A DNA stretch of 63,840 nt, filler included, from Folioceros fuciformis (lineage: Eukaryota): the NCBI GenBank assembly GCA_049999805.1. It is 10 parts of 10 records of this genome, joined end to end, with 100 filler letters (N's around TTAATTAATTAA, not from the genome) between each part and the next. Parts side by side here need not be neighbours in the genome. Positions count along the whole stretch, not along the records: positions 1 to 13,587 come from JBNGIO010004018.1; 9 more parts are not named here. One strand, written 5' to 3'. Positions 1 to 11,938 of the stretch are shown piece after piece. The notes under the pieces are model-generated. The model saw nothing but the letters and a program-made list of their open reading frames with translations. It had not been told where the DNA came from and searched no databases. The position numbers and the translations under genes were made by a program. Every line of letters starts with the position of its first letter. The first letter of the stretch is position 1.

Positions 1-47
1 AGACTAAACACATTAGCCTAAGCACATTGGGCTTTAATAACCCTACA
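1..47 (-). mobile_element. Terminal (U3) end of Copia LTR family A, cut by the window edge
   Basis: Identical to 2639-2685 (agactaaacacattagcctaagcacattgggctttaataaccctaca); reads TGTAGGG on the minus strand. Confidence 0.85.
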
Positions 48-860
48 GTCATCAACATATAGGGCAAGGATGACAAGTGCAATCCCAAACCTAAGAACGT
101 AGACTCATCAACTCATTCCAATTTATGGCGGACTTATTAAGACCATAAATACTCCCTAAGAGTAAGCATACTCCTTGCCCTTCTCTTCATATGCCTGGGT
201 TGATGCACGTATATTTTTCTTTGATATGGCCGTACAAAAATGCCGACGTCTAATTGAACTACTTCCCAATCATGTATGGTAGCGAAGGCTAAAATAGTGC
301 GAAGGGAGCGTATCTGAACAACCGGGGAGAAGAGGTGGTCAACATCATAATCAGCACCAGCCCTTTCAACGTACCCTTGTGCAACTGGACAACCGGGGAG
401 AAGTGATGGTCCACATCATAATCAGCACCAGCCCTTTCAATGTACCCTTGTGCAATTGGACAACTGGGGAAAAGTGGTGGTCCACATCATAATCAGCACC
501 AGCCCTTTCAGTGTACCCTTGTGCAACTAGACAACTGGGGAGAAGTGGTGGTCCACATCATAATCAGCACCAGCCCTTTCATTGTACCCTTGTGCAACGA
601 GACGAGCCTTATACCGTTTGATTACACCATCAACAATGTATTTGATTTTAAAAGTTCACTTACTCCCCACTGCTGAGCGTCCTTTAGGTAGTTCACAAAG
701 ATGCTAGGTCTTGTTGTCTTTGAGTGACTAGCACTCATCAGCAATTGCCTTTTTCCATTTGGCTGCTTGAGGCTCGGAAATGACCTCATTATAATTGGAT
801 GACTCTTGGATGTCCAAGGAAGCCATGAGCGCTTCAGCTTAAGTAAGAGCCACGGGATTC
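48..860 (-). mobile_element. Degenerate Ty1/Copia reverse transcriptase
   Basis: Minus strand reads AAKWKKAIADE..LCELPKGRSAVGSK*TFKIKY..KRYKARLVAQGY..FSPVV..LVILALYVDD with several stops. Confidence 0.9.
318..599. repeat. 71-bp tandem repeat, 4 copies, inside Copia RT
   Basis: aac[c/t]gggg recurs at 320, 391, 462 and 533. Confidence 0.95.
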
Positions 861-1740
861 AATGCCAAGGGCGCTCTCATGTAAGAAACTTAAGATAGTC
901 CTTTCCTCTTGAAGGGAAAACTAGGTAGAAGTGAAAGAACCTTGTTCGAGATTCTCATGGGCCTTCCAGTTGAGTTGTCTTTGCCTAGTGGAACATCAAA
1001 GCGCAAGAGGCTCTTCCACTGGTGAAGACAAATATGGAGGGTGAGTAACATTTTCTGCAGGGAAGGGAAAATCAAGTTCATATTGACTGCTGTTCCAAAG
1101 CAGCGTCCACTCTGCAACTTGGTTCTGCAGCTCTACTAACTCTCGTAGGCTCTTGTCGCGCTCCTCCCAAAACATACCGAACTTCTCCTAGAGTTCGGCA
1201 GTATGCCCTATGGTCCGTTCTTTCAAGGCAGATAACTAAGTTGCTAACTCTGTCATCCACCCTTGAAGGGCAATATTCTCACCCTCCCAAGCAATGACCT
1301 GCCCAAAGGACCAAGCCAACCCTTCCGCCACACTCGTGACAATGCCTTGGGCTACTTGTGTTGCTCCTTCTACGGTGGCTCCAAAGTAGAACCGATAATT
1401 GGGAGGCAATCACACTCTCCCAAAGAACGTCTAGATGGCCTTCCTCATGGCCTTTGGGTTTGTGATGCCTCCTTTAATGAGGTCTTCTAGGACAATTGAC
1501 CACGGTAAAGCTCTCCTACGGTCGGGCTTCTTTTGGGCAAGTTTAGGTGTCGAAGCTTAAATTACTCCTGTTGGGTGTGGGCTAGGAGAGCGGGGACCCC
1601 GCCCTTTCTTCCTCTCGTGAGGTGAGGGAGGTCGATTTACTTTGAACAACCTGATCCTATGCCGTTCGTTGTAGTCCAACTGCGCGGCCAACCAAACCAG
1701 CTCCATGCAGTTGGCCTCCTTCTGGGTAGTGGGCACTCCT

Positions 1741-1928
1741 TGTAGGGTTATTAAAGCCCAATGTGCTGAGACTAATGTTTTTAGTCTAAGATTAGTGTCT
1801 TGTTAAGTATCATTTGTTTATATTGGCTTAAGCTAATATGTAGGAAGCTTCTAGTGCAGCTTCCTGTGCGCTTCTTGTGAAGCTTCCTTGGGAGCTCTTC
1901 TAGAGAGTATAAATACTCTCTTGAGCTC
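1741..1928 (+). mobile_element. Truncated LTR family A, plus orientation
   Basis: Starts TGTAGGGTTATTAAAGCCC; diverged reverse complement of about 2455-2685; contains TATAAATA. Confidence 0.9.
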
Positions 1929-2290
1929 GGTGGCGCCGAGGTGGCGCCGAAGTGGCGCCTAGGTGGTGCCCGCGTGGTGCCCAAGTCGCGCCTGCGTGGC
2001 GCCTAGGTGGCGCCCACATGGTGCCCAAGTCGCGCCTGCGTGGTGCCCAAGTCGCGCCCGCGTGGTGCTCAAGTCGCGCCCGCGTGGTGCCCAAGTCGCG
2101 CCCGCGTGGTGCCCAAGTCGCACCCGCGTGGTGCCCAAGTGGCGCTGATGTGGCGCCTGCTTGCGCTCACATGGCGCCTAGGTGGCACCTACATGGCGCT
2201 GATGTGGTGCCCGGTGGCGCCCAAGTGGCTCTCGCATGGCGCCTAGGTGGCGCCTGCATGGCATCGAGGTGGCGCATGCGTGGCGCCCCT
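1929..2290. repeat. GC-rich 11/22-bp tandem array (gtggtgcccaagtcgcgcccgc) in the element leader
   Basis: tggtg recurs at 2041, 2063, 2085; related motifs at 34955-35050 next to another LTR-A copy. Confidence 0.9.
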
Positions 2291-2345
2291 CCCCCTCCTA
2301 GATGGCCATCTTCATGGTCTTGCTCCACAACCTGCTCCACAACCT

Positions 2346-2685
2346 GCTCTGATACCACTTGTAGGATCACTAGAGGAACATGGTGGAGGAGAGGAGAAGA
2401 GGAGGTAGAGAGGAGAGGAGAAAAAGAGGTCACATTGAGAGTGGTTGGCAAGGGAGCTCAAGGGGTATTTATACCCTCTAGAAGAGCTCCCTAGGAAGCT
2501 TCACAAGAAGCTCACAGGAAGCTGCGCAAGAAGCTTCCTACAGATTAGCTTAAGCTAATCTAAACTAATGATACTTAACTAGACACTAATCTTAGACTAA
2601 ACACATTAGTCTAAGCACATTAACTAGACACTAATCTTAGACTAAACACATTAGCCTAAGCACATTGGGCTTTAATAACCCTACA
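2346..2685 (-). mobile_element. Complete 5' LTR family A (2360-2685) plus tRNA-iMet PBS (2346-2357)
   Basis: Minus strand TGTAGGG...TCCTACA followed by AG TGGTATCAGAGC; internal duplication of about 45 bp. Confidence 0.92.
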
Positions 2686-3769
2686 CCTAGCGCCATGAGG
2701 AGGAGTAGCTCAAGAAGCGGAGACAGGGAAGGAAGAAGACGCTAGGAAAGCGTATCGGAGTAGGGACGAGAGAAATCGCGACAACAGCGGTGGATCAAGT
2801 GAAGATGAAGGAAGCTAGAAGATGGAGGGAGGAAGCAGGAAGTCGGAGGAGGGCAAGAGTGTCAGAATGAGACTCAAGCGGAGTGATAGGTGAGAGAGGG
2901 TAGGTGCTTGGGGCGTAGAGGGCGGTGTACGCTATCGTAAAAACTTACACTGGGGGCTGTGGATATGCTTGGAACTATCCGAAAACGGTTACGCCTCCTC
3001 CCCTGCATGATGTCGAGGACACCAAATCTTGAACGGATCGTGGTTGCTATCAGTCCGTTTGCCAAGTGGTCGTCTAGAAGTTTAACATGTCTTCTACTCC
3101 TGAGAACTCGGGTTTGCCAAAATAACCCTTTGTTCAAAAACAAATATCCACTTAGTCCGAAAACAGGTCCGACAAGCCACCAGAGTGTCACTCTAGTGGT
3201 TATTTTTGTGACTGATACATACCTTGTTTGTTGCCTTTACCATCGAGTCCGAAGGGTTGATGATGACTAGGGAGTGCATGTATGCATTGCATAACAAAGT
3301 ATCACTCGAGTGATTCTTTGTTACCCAATCCTTTCAAGTCCACCTCCTCATTCGTACATATATAAACTTTTTTATTTATTTTAGAAAAACAAGATGAAAA
3401 ACCCATCTACCCATCTACTTGTATAAGCCAAAGATGTGTTTTCTATTATTGAAAAAGAGATGGAAAGTCCTATCTATTCCAAAGATTGGAGGAACACCCG
3501 AGCATGACGAAAGACCAAAAGGGGTACTAGCCCCTTCGAATATCATTCTCAAAAACTACCTACTACTCCTAAAATGTCATGATGGGGAATAAAAGAGCAC
3601 TACCTATCACCGGGGGCACAGAAGCCACTTGATCTCTGCTTGTTGCTACTCTAAAAATTGCTTTTGCAAAGTAATGGATATTAGTTGTCAAAAGAAGGCC
3701 ACCACAAAGGAAAGAGGAAGGATAGCATTCCTATTACTCTGATAAACCTTGGCACACTCCTTGATAAAC

Positions 3770-4110
3770 CTTGAAAAGTCCTTGCCTATAGCCTGGGGAG
3801 TCTTTAGAGCAAAGTGGATAAAAGTATGCTCGTCTTGCAGGAGAAAATACTTATGGACTTTGGCACTTGAAAAGTCCTTGCCTATAGGCCCATGAGTCTC
3901 AAGAGTAAAGTGGACTTGAAAAGTCCTTGCCTATAGGCCCATGAGTATCAAGAGAAAAGTGGTCTTGAAAAGTCCTTGCCTATAAGCCCATGAGTCTCAA
4001 GAATAAAGTGGATTTGAAAAGTCCTTGCCTATAGGCCCACGAGTCTCAATAGCAAAGTAAATAAAAGTATGCCCGTCTTGCAAGAGGAAATACTTACAGA
4101 CTATAGCACT
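3770..4110. repeat. 49-bp tandem repeat (5 starts) nested in a duplicated unit of about 96 bp
   Basis: [c/t]ttgaaaagtccttgcctata at 3770, 3866, 3915, 3964, 4013. Confidence 0.95.
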
Positions 4111-4484
4111 TACACAACCCTCTACCATCCATCTACTTATATTACTACCTATCTACTTATATTATTACTCCATAAGAGAAGCTTAAAGCCCTTGATTCCT
4201 AATAAGAAAAATTATGAAAAAGAAGGAGTAATAATTTTATATAAGTATATATTTTATAAATCATAATCGAAGATAAATTATACACTACCGAAACATTTGT
4301 AAAGACCAAACCTATATATGTATTATGAGAGACACAAATGTTCTTATCCTCCCATTCCTCCTATACTTCCATTAGATTGTTTCAGGAGTAGCAAACATCT
4401 TAGCAAGAGCTAGAGTGTGGCGAGTTCGGATTTAGAGTTTTGCTCGAACTCTTTTCCTTTTCGTACACTTGGAAGTTGGAGCCA

Positions 4485-6430
4485 ATGATGACAGACCTGG
4501 TTGATCGCTCACCTATACTTCGAAGCTCCAGGTTTCCGGAGATCGAGTCAGCAGCTGCAGCGCCCACCTCCGAGGATGTAGCAGGATTTGAAGCGCCCAC
4601 CTCCGAGGATGTGGCAGGATTTGAAGCGCCCACCTCCGAGGATGTGGCAGGATTTGAAGCGCCCACCTCCGAGGATGTGGCAGGATTTGAAGCGCCCACC
4701 TCCGAGGATGTGGCAGCAGCTGCCGCACACACCTCCGAGGACGTTGAAGCAGCTGTAGNNNNNNNNNNNNNNNNNNNNNNNNNNNNNNNNNNNNNNNNNN
4801 NNNNNNNNNNNNNNNNNNNNNNNNNNNNNNNNNNNNNNNNNNNNNNNNNNNNNNNNNNCACACCTCCGAGGACGTTGAAGCAGCTGTAGCGGCCACCTTC
4901 GAGGATGCAGCAGGATCTGCGGCTAGCATTCGAAGATCTACAGAAGCCGCAGTTGTGCCAATTCCCCTTAGCCGTTATGGTCGTCCATTGGGGTTGAAGA
5001 AGGATCCTGCACCACCGCATTCCGACGTCAATCCTGGAGCTGCAGGAATAGGCACAGGTATCGGTGGATCGGAAGGGGAGGGCACAGGAGCGAATGAGCA
5101 GGGAACACAAATATGTGGCAAGCGTAGACGTGGTCGTCCCAAGGGATCCAAAAACAAACCGAAAGCAGTAGGGAACGTCGCCGTTCCCAGCGTTGCAGCT
5201 GGGCGACGTCCTGGTCTTCCCGTGAGATCAAAGAACAGGGCCTCAAGGCTAGGGAATATTGGCCACCATGATTTGCAGCATGATCTCGTTCCTGAAGCTG
5301 GAGCTGGAGTTGGAGCTGAAGCTGAAGGCGGCAATGGCCCACGTGCTGAAAGTACCACCCGTGCCAAGAAGAGGCAGAAGCGGAGGAGGAGGAATGAGGA
5401 GATGGACGAAGGTCGCGCTATGCATGGCCAGCCAAGTGCGAATGGTGTAGACGGCTCTGGGAATGACGACCAAGGGGACGCATGCCCAATGGAACATGAT
5501 GGCGATGTTGAGGGGAGGAATGGAGCTACCCGCAGAGCCTCAGCATGCCTTGACTCGGAGTTGAGTCGCACACGAAGCCACTTGGAGCCCGTGCTGGAGC
5601 CGGATTCTTTGTTTCCGCCTGTAGTTGTAGAACCAAAGAGGTCGAGCTTGTGTTCAACTAGTGCTCGTAACAATGGGGATGTGATTCCCGGCTGCTTGGC
5701 TGCGTCCACAGGTTCAGAAGGGGGCTGTGGTGATCTTGAGCTCTTCCACCGACGGAAGCAAGCTCCGGTTGCACTCACCATGCCCGTGATGGATGCAGAA
5801 GCTACAGTCCCGAGGTCAGGGGATGCTAGAGGTGCAGCCAGCTCGATGACTGCAGAAACCGCAGCTGCTGTTACTACTCCCCGAAGAGGTCGACCCAAAG
5901 GTTCAAAGAACAAACCCAAAGGGCCGGGGGACGGCACCAGAGCCACTCCTGATGTTGGAATAACCGATTTGGGTTTGAAGAGTATCCACTTGAGTCCTAC
6001 TGAGTTCCATCTTTTCGAAGCTTGGAAACTCAGTCTGCAGGGTCGAGGTTCGCGTAACACAGGATCATGCAGCATGCCTGGTGCTGATAGCCAACAGCCC
6101 AACCCAGAGGATACGTACGACGTTGCAGGGAATGAGGAAATTGATCCCGTTAAAGCTGTTGAGGACCAGGATAATACTGAAGGCGATCGGAATCGGCCAA
6201 CGTTGTGCATGGGACAGGTGTGTCCCCGTCAGGATGATGATAGTCAAAACTTGCTGACGACAGTATACAGGCTTGCAGGAATTCTCCCACTTCCGGAAAG
6301 GGAGATCGTTGCGCCCCCCCCCCAGTGGGCTGTTGACGTAATGCTTGGGGCATCCGTAGAGTCAATGATGGAGGAGCTCGACGGTGCCGCAAGAAACGAC
6401 TTCACACCGACTGGACAGGTTAAGTGGTAA
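4485..6430 (+). CDS. Intronless AT-hook protein with N-terminal 11-aa repeats (spans an N gap)
   Basis: ATG at 4485; APTSEDVAGFE repeats; post-gap sequence is in frame with ORF 4955-6430; two RRGRPKGSKNKPK AT-hooks; basic NLS-like KKRQKRRRR. Confidence 0.72.
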
Positions 6431-7510
6431 GTTTTGTGCGCAATTCAATCGAGTTTGCCTGCCATTCGCACCCCTGTCAGTCTCTGCCCAAGGTTGCCAG
6501 TTATGATTCTTCGGGCAGTGGATGAAAAAGAGACAAACATGCCGTTGGGGCACTGTGCGATTGATACGACTGGATCCCACTTACATTAGTGACTATGGCT
6601 TGAGTCCTCAAATTCCGGGCACTTATCTGAAATGCCCAACATTGTTGCTTCGCAGGATACAACCAGATAGTGGACACGGCGCTCGGACTTGATTGTTCCA
6701 CGGTTTCAAGAACGATGTGAGAAGACCTGCCAGGGGATCTGAAGCTTTTGACATTGCTGGTAGCAAGATCCCATGTAGGTGATTGGATCGGACTTCCTTG
6801 TCGTATTAGGTTTCCCGATTTTCCGACTTGAATGCTCCAATGGGTTTCCATTGTTGCACGTGTTATCAGTATATTTATTGTTGAGTGTTCAAACTAGGCA
6901 AGCCGGGCTTTCCAGCCTTTTTTAGAAATAGCCTGGCTGAAAAGGATGTTTGTATGAAGAGACAGAGATAAAGAACAACTCTTTTGAGAGTGGAAATATC
7001 GTTTCAGCTGGAATTCCAAGTTTCCACCACAATCAGAATAATTTAACACCTTCCAGTTTATTTCTAAACAAACAACCTGCTAAATGGTACAGTAGATCAC
7101 ACCAATTCGTTTGCAAATGGCGTGTACTTCGTTCCACCAAACCAGTTAACCCTGACTGGAAAAAATTTAAATCCTGCAAACTGGAAACTGTTTCACCCGA
7201 AACCTCCTGCCCTTGATTTGTCCCTGAATAGCAGCCCGGCAGTGCATACGATAAACCAGGGTCATTACACAATGTGATGACGATCTAAGAGATCATTCTC
7301 GGAATCTTGTATTCTGAGACATTGATCACAAAGGGGGATACAAGTGGAGAGATGCATACCGCTTGTACATGTTCATGACGAACGCTTCGTTGACAAAGTT
7401 GAAAATGGGAGTTGCATCGCTTCTAATGAAAGTCCGCGTTCAGTTCCCCACGACGTATAGCATTCCGCAGAAGTGCAGAAATGCTGCTTGGGGGGGTGCC
7501 GTTTATCAGA

Positions 7511-10500
7511 TCACGAAGGAGCCCGAATAATATCCAGAATATCTTTCCGTGGATCCACCCGATTGATCAGAACAAACAATCTCTCACCCACAGCTGCACT
7601 CGCAGCATCCATGTGGCATTGAATCCCAATCTGCATGAGATACTCAGTTAGGGCCAAGCTTGTGCCGAAATTCTCAGAACTTTGAACCACTAAATTTGAT
7701 AAGGGGCAAGTTCAACCTCAGTCAAAAGCACCACGAGATCTTGATCTTTCCCAATTCGCAAGACCAGTGCCTCATGCCTGGTGTGTCTCGGCAGTCTTCG
7801 TAAAAATTCCAGTGTCCAATACCGTTTGGCAGAACTCTGCAACCTTTTAGCTTCTCTGATCGCCGCTGTCGACATCACAACTGTTGCTTCTATCTCAGCA
7901 CCGTTGAGAAGCGGGACCTCTCCTCTCAATACTGACTTTATCTGCAATACGTGTTGTTGGGAATTTACATCAAGTCTCTAACAGAAGACGCGTAACGGGA
8001 AAAATGGGAATTTCAAGATAAAGCGCTCACCTGATAGTGTGCTAGAAGATCACCATATCGACGGATAGGAGATGTCACTTGTACGTACCCAGGAAGACCA
8101 AGGGACGAGTGCGGTAGAGGTTTGTTATAATTCACCTCCGCTCTGCCAATGAACCGGAGTAGAGCCATTGCTCGACAGGGGCCCTCTGGCAGACTCTCAA
8201 TTTCACCCTTCGGGACCTCCCGTGCAGCCTGTACCCTGTACGGCAAAGGCAGGCCGAATTTTTCTCCAAAGCTTGCAGCAACTTCTCCACAAAGAATCAT
8301 CATCTCGGTCACCAGCTGATGAGCTGGGATGGAGTGATCGACCACTCTGAGGTGAATGACAGGTTCTGGTTTGTGTGCATCAATCACCTTTACATGAGTC
8401 TCGGGAAGATCTACATCTACAGAACCCTGCACAAATGTATTACATCAGTACCAAGCAGACAGGACAGAAGAGCTAGAGCAGACTGAGTGACCTCTTGTAG
8501 AAATACAAGTTTTCAGAGACACGTCCAGCACCTATACATTGACCTACACTGTTCTTCCGCCAATTGTTACGCAAAACAGCTGCTTCGGCCAGGAGATAGA
8601 GTTCTTGTTCCTCGTCCACACTCAATGAAAGCAGCTCCGTTACACTCTCATAGGACATTTTGTACGTGGGACACACCACCGAGTTCACCACGTCATAATC
8701 TGCAACACTTTTGACCACAACCAGCAGTTCACAGATCAAAAACGTCCGCCTGCTTGCCATCTTGATGCTCGTCATCAAAAGACTATCAATGGAAGACAAT
8801 GACAGGAGAAATGGGTGGTCATACCTTCCATCCTCCTGGAGAACGATTCTGAAGGTAAGTGCAGGGCAATCCCTTCCTTGGACAAGACTCATGCAACCAG
8901 CAGCGAGATTCATGGGGAACATAGGGATTGTTTCAGTCGGGAGGTAAATTGAAGTAGATCTGTACCTAGCCTCCCTGCCACGCAGAGGCATCAGAGACCA
9001 AGCAGGTCACTACACAACTACTACTTCTATTTTGCCAAAGAACTTAAGCAGACCTGGTCAAAGGATGATCATACGGAAGCCAGCGAGTTGGATCAGCAAC
9101 ATGTATCCAGACCTGCAGTCTGCCATCTGCCAACCTTGTTGCGCTTAACCCATCATCTATCTGCCGCACAATATGCAACCTGATGATCCAAGAAACACAA
9201 ACTACAACCACACTCTTTATGCAATGACCAGGTGCAAGAGTGTGCACCTCAACTGTGTCCTCAGAGTCAATGGTGTAGACTTTCAGGTGCCGCAAATCCA
9301 CTCGCTTGGCCTGGGAAAAAAACAAGAGTTTTCAACCGCTTGATCATTGCAACATCCTTCGTTTTCTTAAGTTAGGTGTCACAGACCTCGTGCTACACAA
9401 GAACTAATTCTTCATTCCAGTTTCACGGACAACTTTCAGAGGATGCCATACATTCTACTTACCACATCTTTATCAGGACAGTCCTCCTCTGTAATCAAAT
9501 CAGCAGCTGCAATAAGCTGGTCAGAGAATTTCACTCGAGTAGGTCCTCTGAGGAGCTCAAGATTCACATGCACAGGGAAGATACCCATGCCTACAAGCAA
9601 ATCAACAGCAGATGCAGGTGTTCGAGATAATCCTACAGCTCCCAAAACCTGACATACGTATTTCCTATGGATTAGCCTTTAATACATTCAGGTAAAGGAT
9701 CTGCATCTTGTGGAATGGGTAAACAAATGGAACAGCAAGGGAGCACATTGCACAGACGGGTTAGGTTACCTCCTCTGCTATTTTCTTTTGGGAGCCTGAA
9801 AGGGTAATGCTCTGTAGAGCAAAGGACTTTAGTGCTTCGTTGTATGTCTGGCATCCCTGGTTAGAACTCCATTTTGCAGGTTTCATTTTGCAGTCCAGAG
9901 GTTGTTGCAACACAGCCTTGACTGATACTAAATACTCCATGAACTGACGGTGCTGAGCTTCTTCTGCAAGTTTCTGCTCCAGTAGTTGACTCACCTGTCT
10001 TTGCAAGGTGTGTCGCGATTAGCACAGGAAGGACACATCTTGTCGGGGGTATGGAAAGAAAACGCGATAAAGTCCTGTGGCCTACTTGAAAGCCAGAGGG
10101 GATCAAGGGAAGTTTTTCTAGTCTACATCTTAAATGCAGATAACAGATGTCCTCACCTCTGAAGAAGATCGAGGCTCATACAGAGACAAAAAGCCTTTCT
10201 GTTTGCACCGGAAGAAAACTTGACTTGATGATAACATGCGGTGGGCTGCATAGCATTCTGCTGGGTTTGATCCAACATAGAGAATCTGTCGAAGGGACAG
10301 AGAAATCAGAGTCTAGCAAAGGATGCAGAGCCAAAAAATTTAGAGTGGAATCTCACCTGGGCAAGGTCTTTTGCTGAAATCGCGGTTTGCAAGGCTAAGA
10401 TTTCCTCCCACGCAACCTCCAGTAATGAATGATCCTGTTGATTTACATGAAAGCATTTCTTCAAATCTCACTGGCTTGTACACCAGCCACATGTCGAGTG

Positions 10501-11778
10501 CTGAGGAACATCTTTCCTATAAACCATGGAAAGGGATTCACCAAGCTGAATTCAGCAGAAAGATTACTTGCCTCCAATCCTTCAACTTGATCCACAAAAG
10601 AACAAATTCTGGAGGGCTGAAAGTTTTCCAACCCAGGAACAATGAAAGTTATTTGCTGCGGTCGCACGACAAATGTGTTCCCAAACTGTGGTGAAGAAAG
10701 AAGAACATGGCATTTTCAGCTGAGCTACGGCTAAAAGTTAGGCAAAAAAAAACAAGTATAGCCAGGCCGGAAACAACTGGGGATAAAATACTCGCAGGCG
10801 GACCTGATCTTCCACTATCCAATTCTTCTTTCCATCTCGTTTCTGGACTACTGCCAGCATTGTCCTTCCATGTTCTTTGTCGAACTCCAGCAAAGCTCCC
10901 TCTTTCAGGAGCTCGGAAGACTTTGAGGCAGTCACTGCTTCATTTACGACGACCTTCCTGGTAGAGGGCCAGAAACTTAAATTCATGTACAAAACTGACC
11001 TCCACAGTCAAGGCTACTAACTGGGCTACATAATTTTTGGAACTACCATGTAGGCTCAGCATATTGCAAGAATCAACCTTCAACTTAGTAAAAGAACCAT
11101 CTACCTACAAGTCGTCCTTCCCACTTGAATGGTCTCCACGTCAGCAGAACGCAGCCTTCGAAGAAAATATTTCACGTCCTTCTCATTTTCAAGAGGCAGA
11201 ATCGAGGAAGAGCAAAACGATAGCCTGTTCCGCATGTCATGATTTGTATGTGCCGCGGCGAAACTCAACGAATCCAGTTTCAAGCCCCATTTCGGAGAAG
11301 TGTGCTCACGATAAGCAGAACCAACGACTGCATCTAATTTGTTCGACCTGCGCCCTTTCAATATCACTGAGGCTGATTTTCCTGCCCTAGCCATCTCCAC
11401 CTCCTGTTTTCTTCCCCCAGATGGTGTGCACACTACCCCGTTGTCCTGGTGATGACATCCTACTGGTGGGGCATTACCTTGAATTTTCTGGCATCCTACA
11501 GACCCTGGCACCTGGCCTCCACTTGCCGCCTTCCCTAGCGTTAACATTGTTTGAGGCTCCCAAGCGAACCTAGTTAAAGTCTTAGACCCGGCAGATTGAG
11601 GTGGCTGCAGTACCACAGCCTGAAACATGGTGACCAAATGGGGCAGACCTGGTCCGTACTCACTAAACGCTACTGCACGCGCAGCCGACAGACTGTCTAA
11701 GCACCTTCCCTGCCCATGCGTTGCATTGCCCCTGCTCACAGAACCTCGCAAAGCCGAGAGATAATGGAGACTTGGCAT
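7511..11778 (-). CDS. RNR1: Chloroplast/mitochondrial ribonuclease II (RNB domain), multi-exon
   Basis: Exons encode GALLEFDK, RPQQITFIVPGLENF, VYTIDSEDTVE/IDDGLSA, VWIHVADPT, TSIYLPTETIPMFP, HSSLGLPGYVQVTSPIRRYGDLLAHYQ; last exon ends DIIRAPS* at 7511; start ATG 11778 less certain. Confidence 0.93.
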
Positions 11779-11938
11779 CCCAAGTTACCAAATCGGATGA
11801 GCCCCGTCCTACATCTACGCACGGGAGCTGTTTCATCTGTTCGTTCCGTCGGTAGGATCGTTGGATTGTTTGTTAGTCCCATCACCTTGAGCCCTAACTC
11901 TGCCTGATCACTGCCATTGCTTGGCCCAGACTTAGGGG
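11779..11938. promoter_or_regulatory. Putative bidirectional promoter (160 bp between divergent ATGs)
   Basis: RNase II ATG at 11778 (-) and TRM10 ATG at 11939 (+). Confidence 0.55.

Noticed and set aside
1900-2494. Multiple overlapping ORFs with repeats
   Set aside because: By-product of the stop-poor GC-rich tandem array
1741-2685. DIRS-type element as explanation for inverted termini
   Set aside because: tRNA-iMet PBS, TG..CA LTR ends and Copia integrase linkage; no tyrosine recombinase seen
3770-4110. CRISPR-like appearance of 49-bp repeats
   Set aside because: Intervening parts are also near-identical, no unique spacers, no cas genes, eukaryotic context
4975-6210. 411-aa minus-strand ORF
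   Set aside because: Antisense shadow of the GC-rich AT-hook ORF; no motifs
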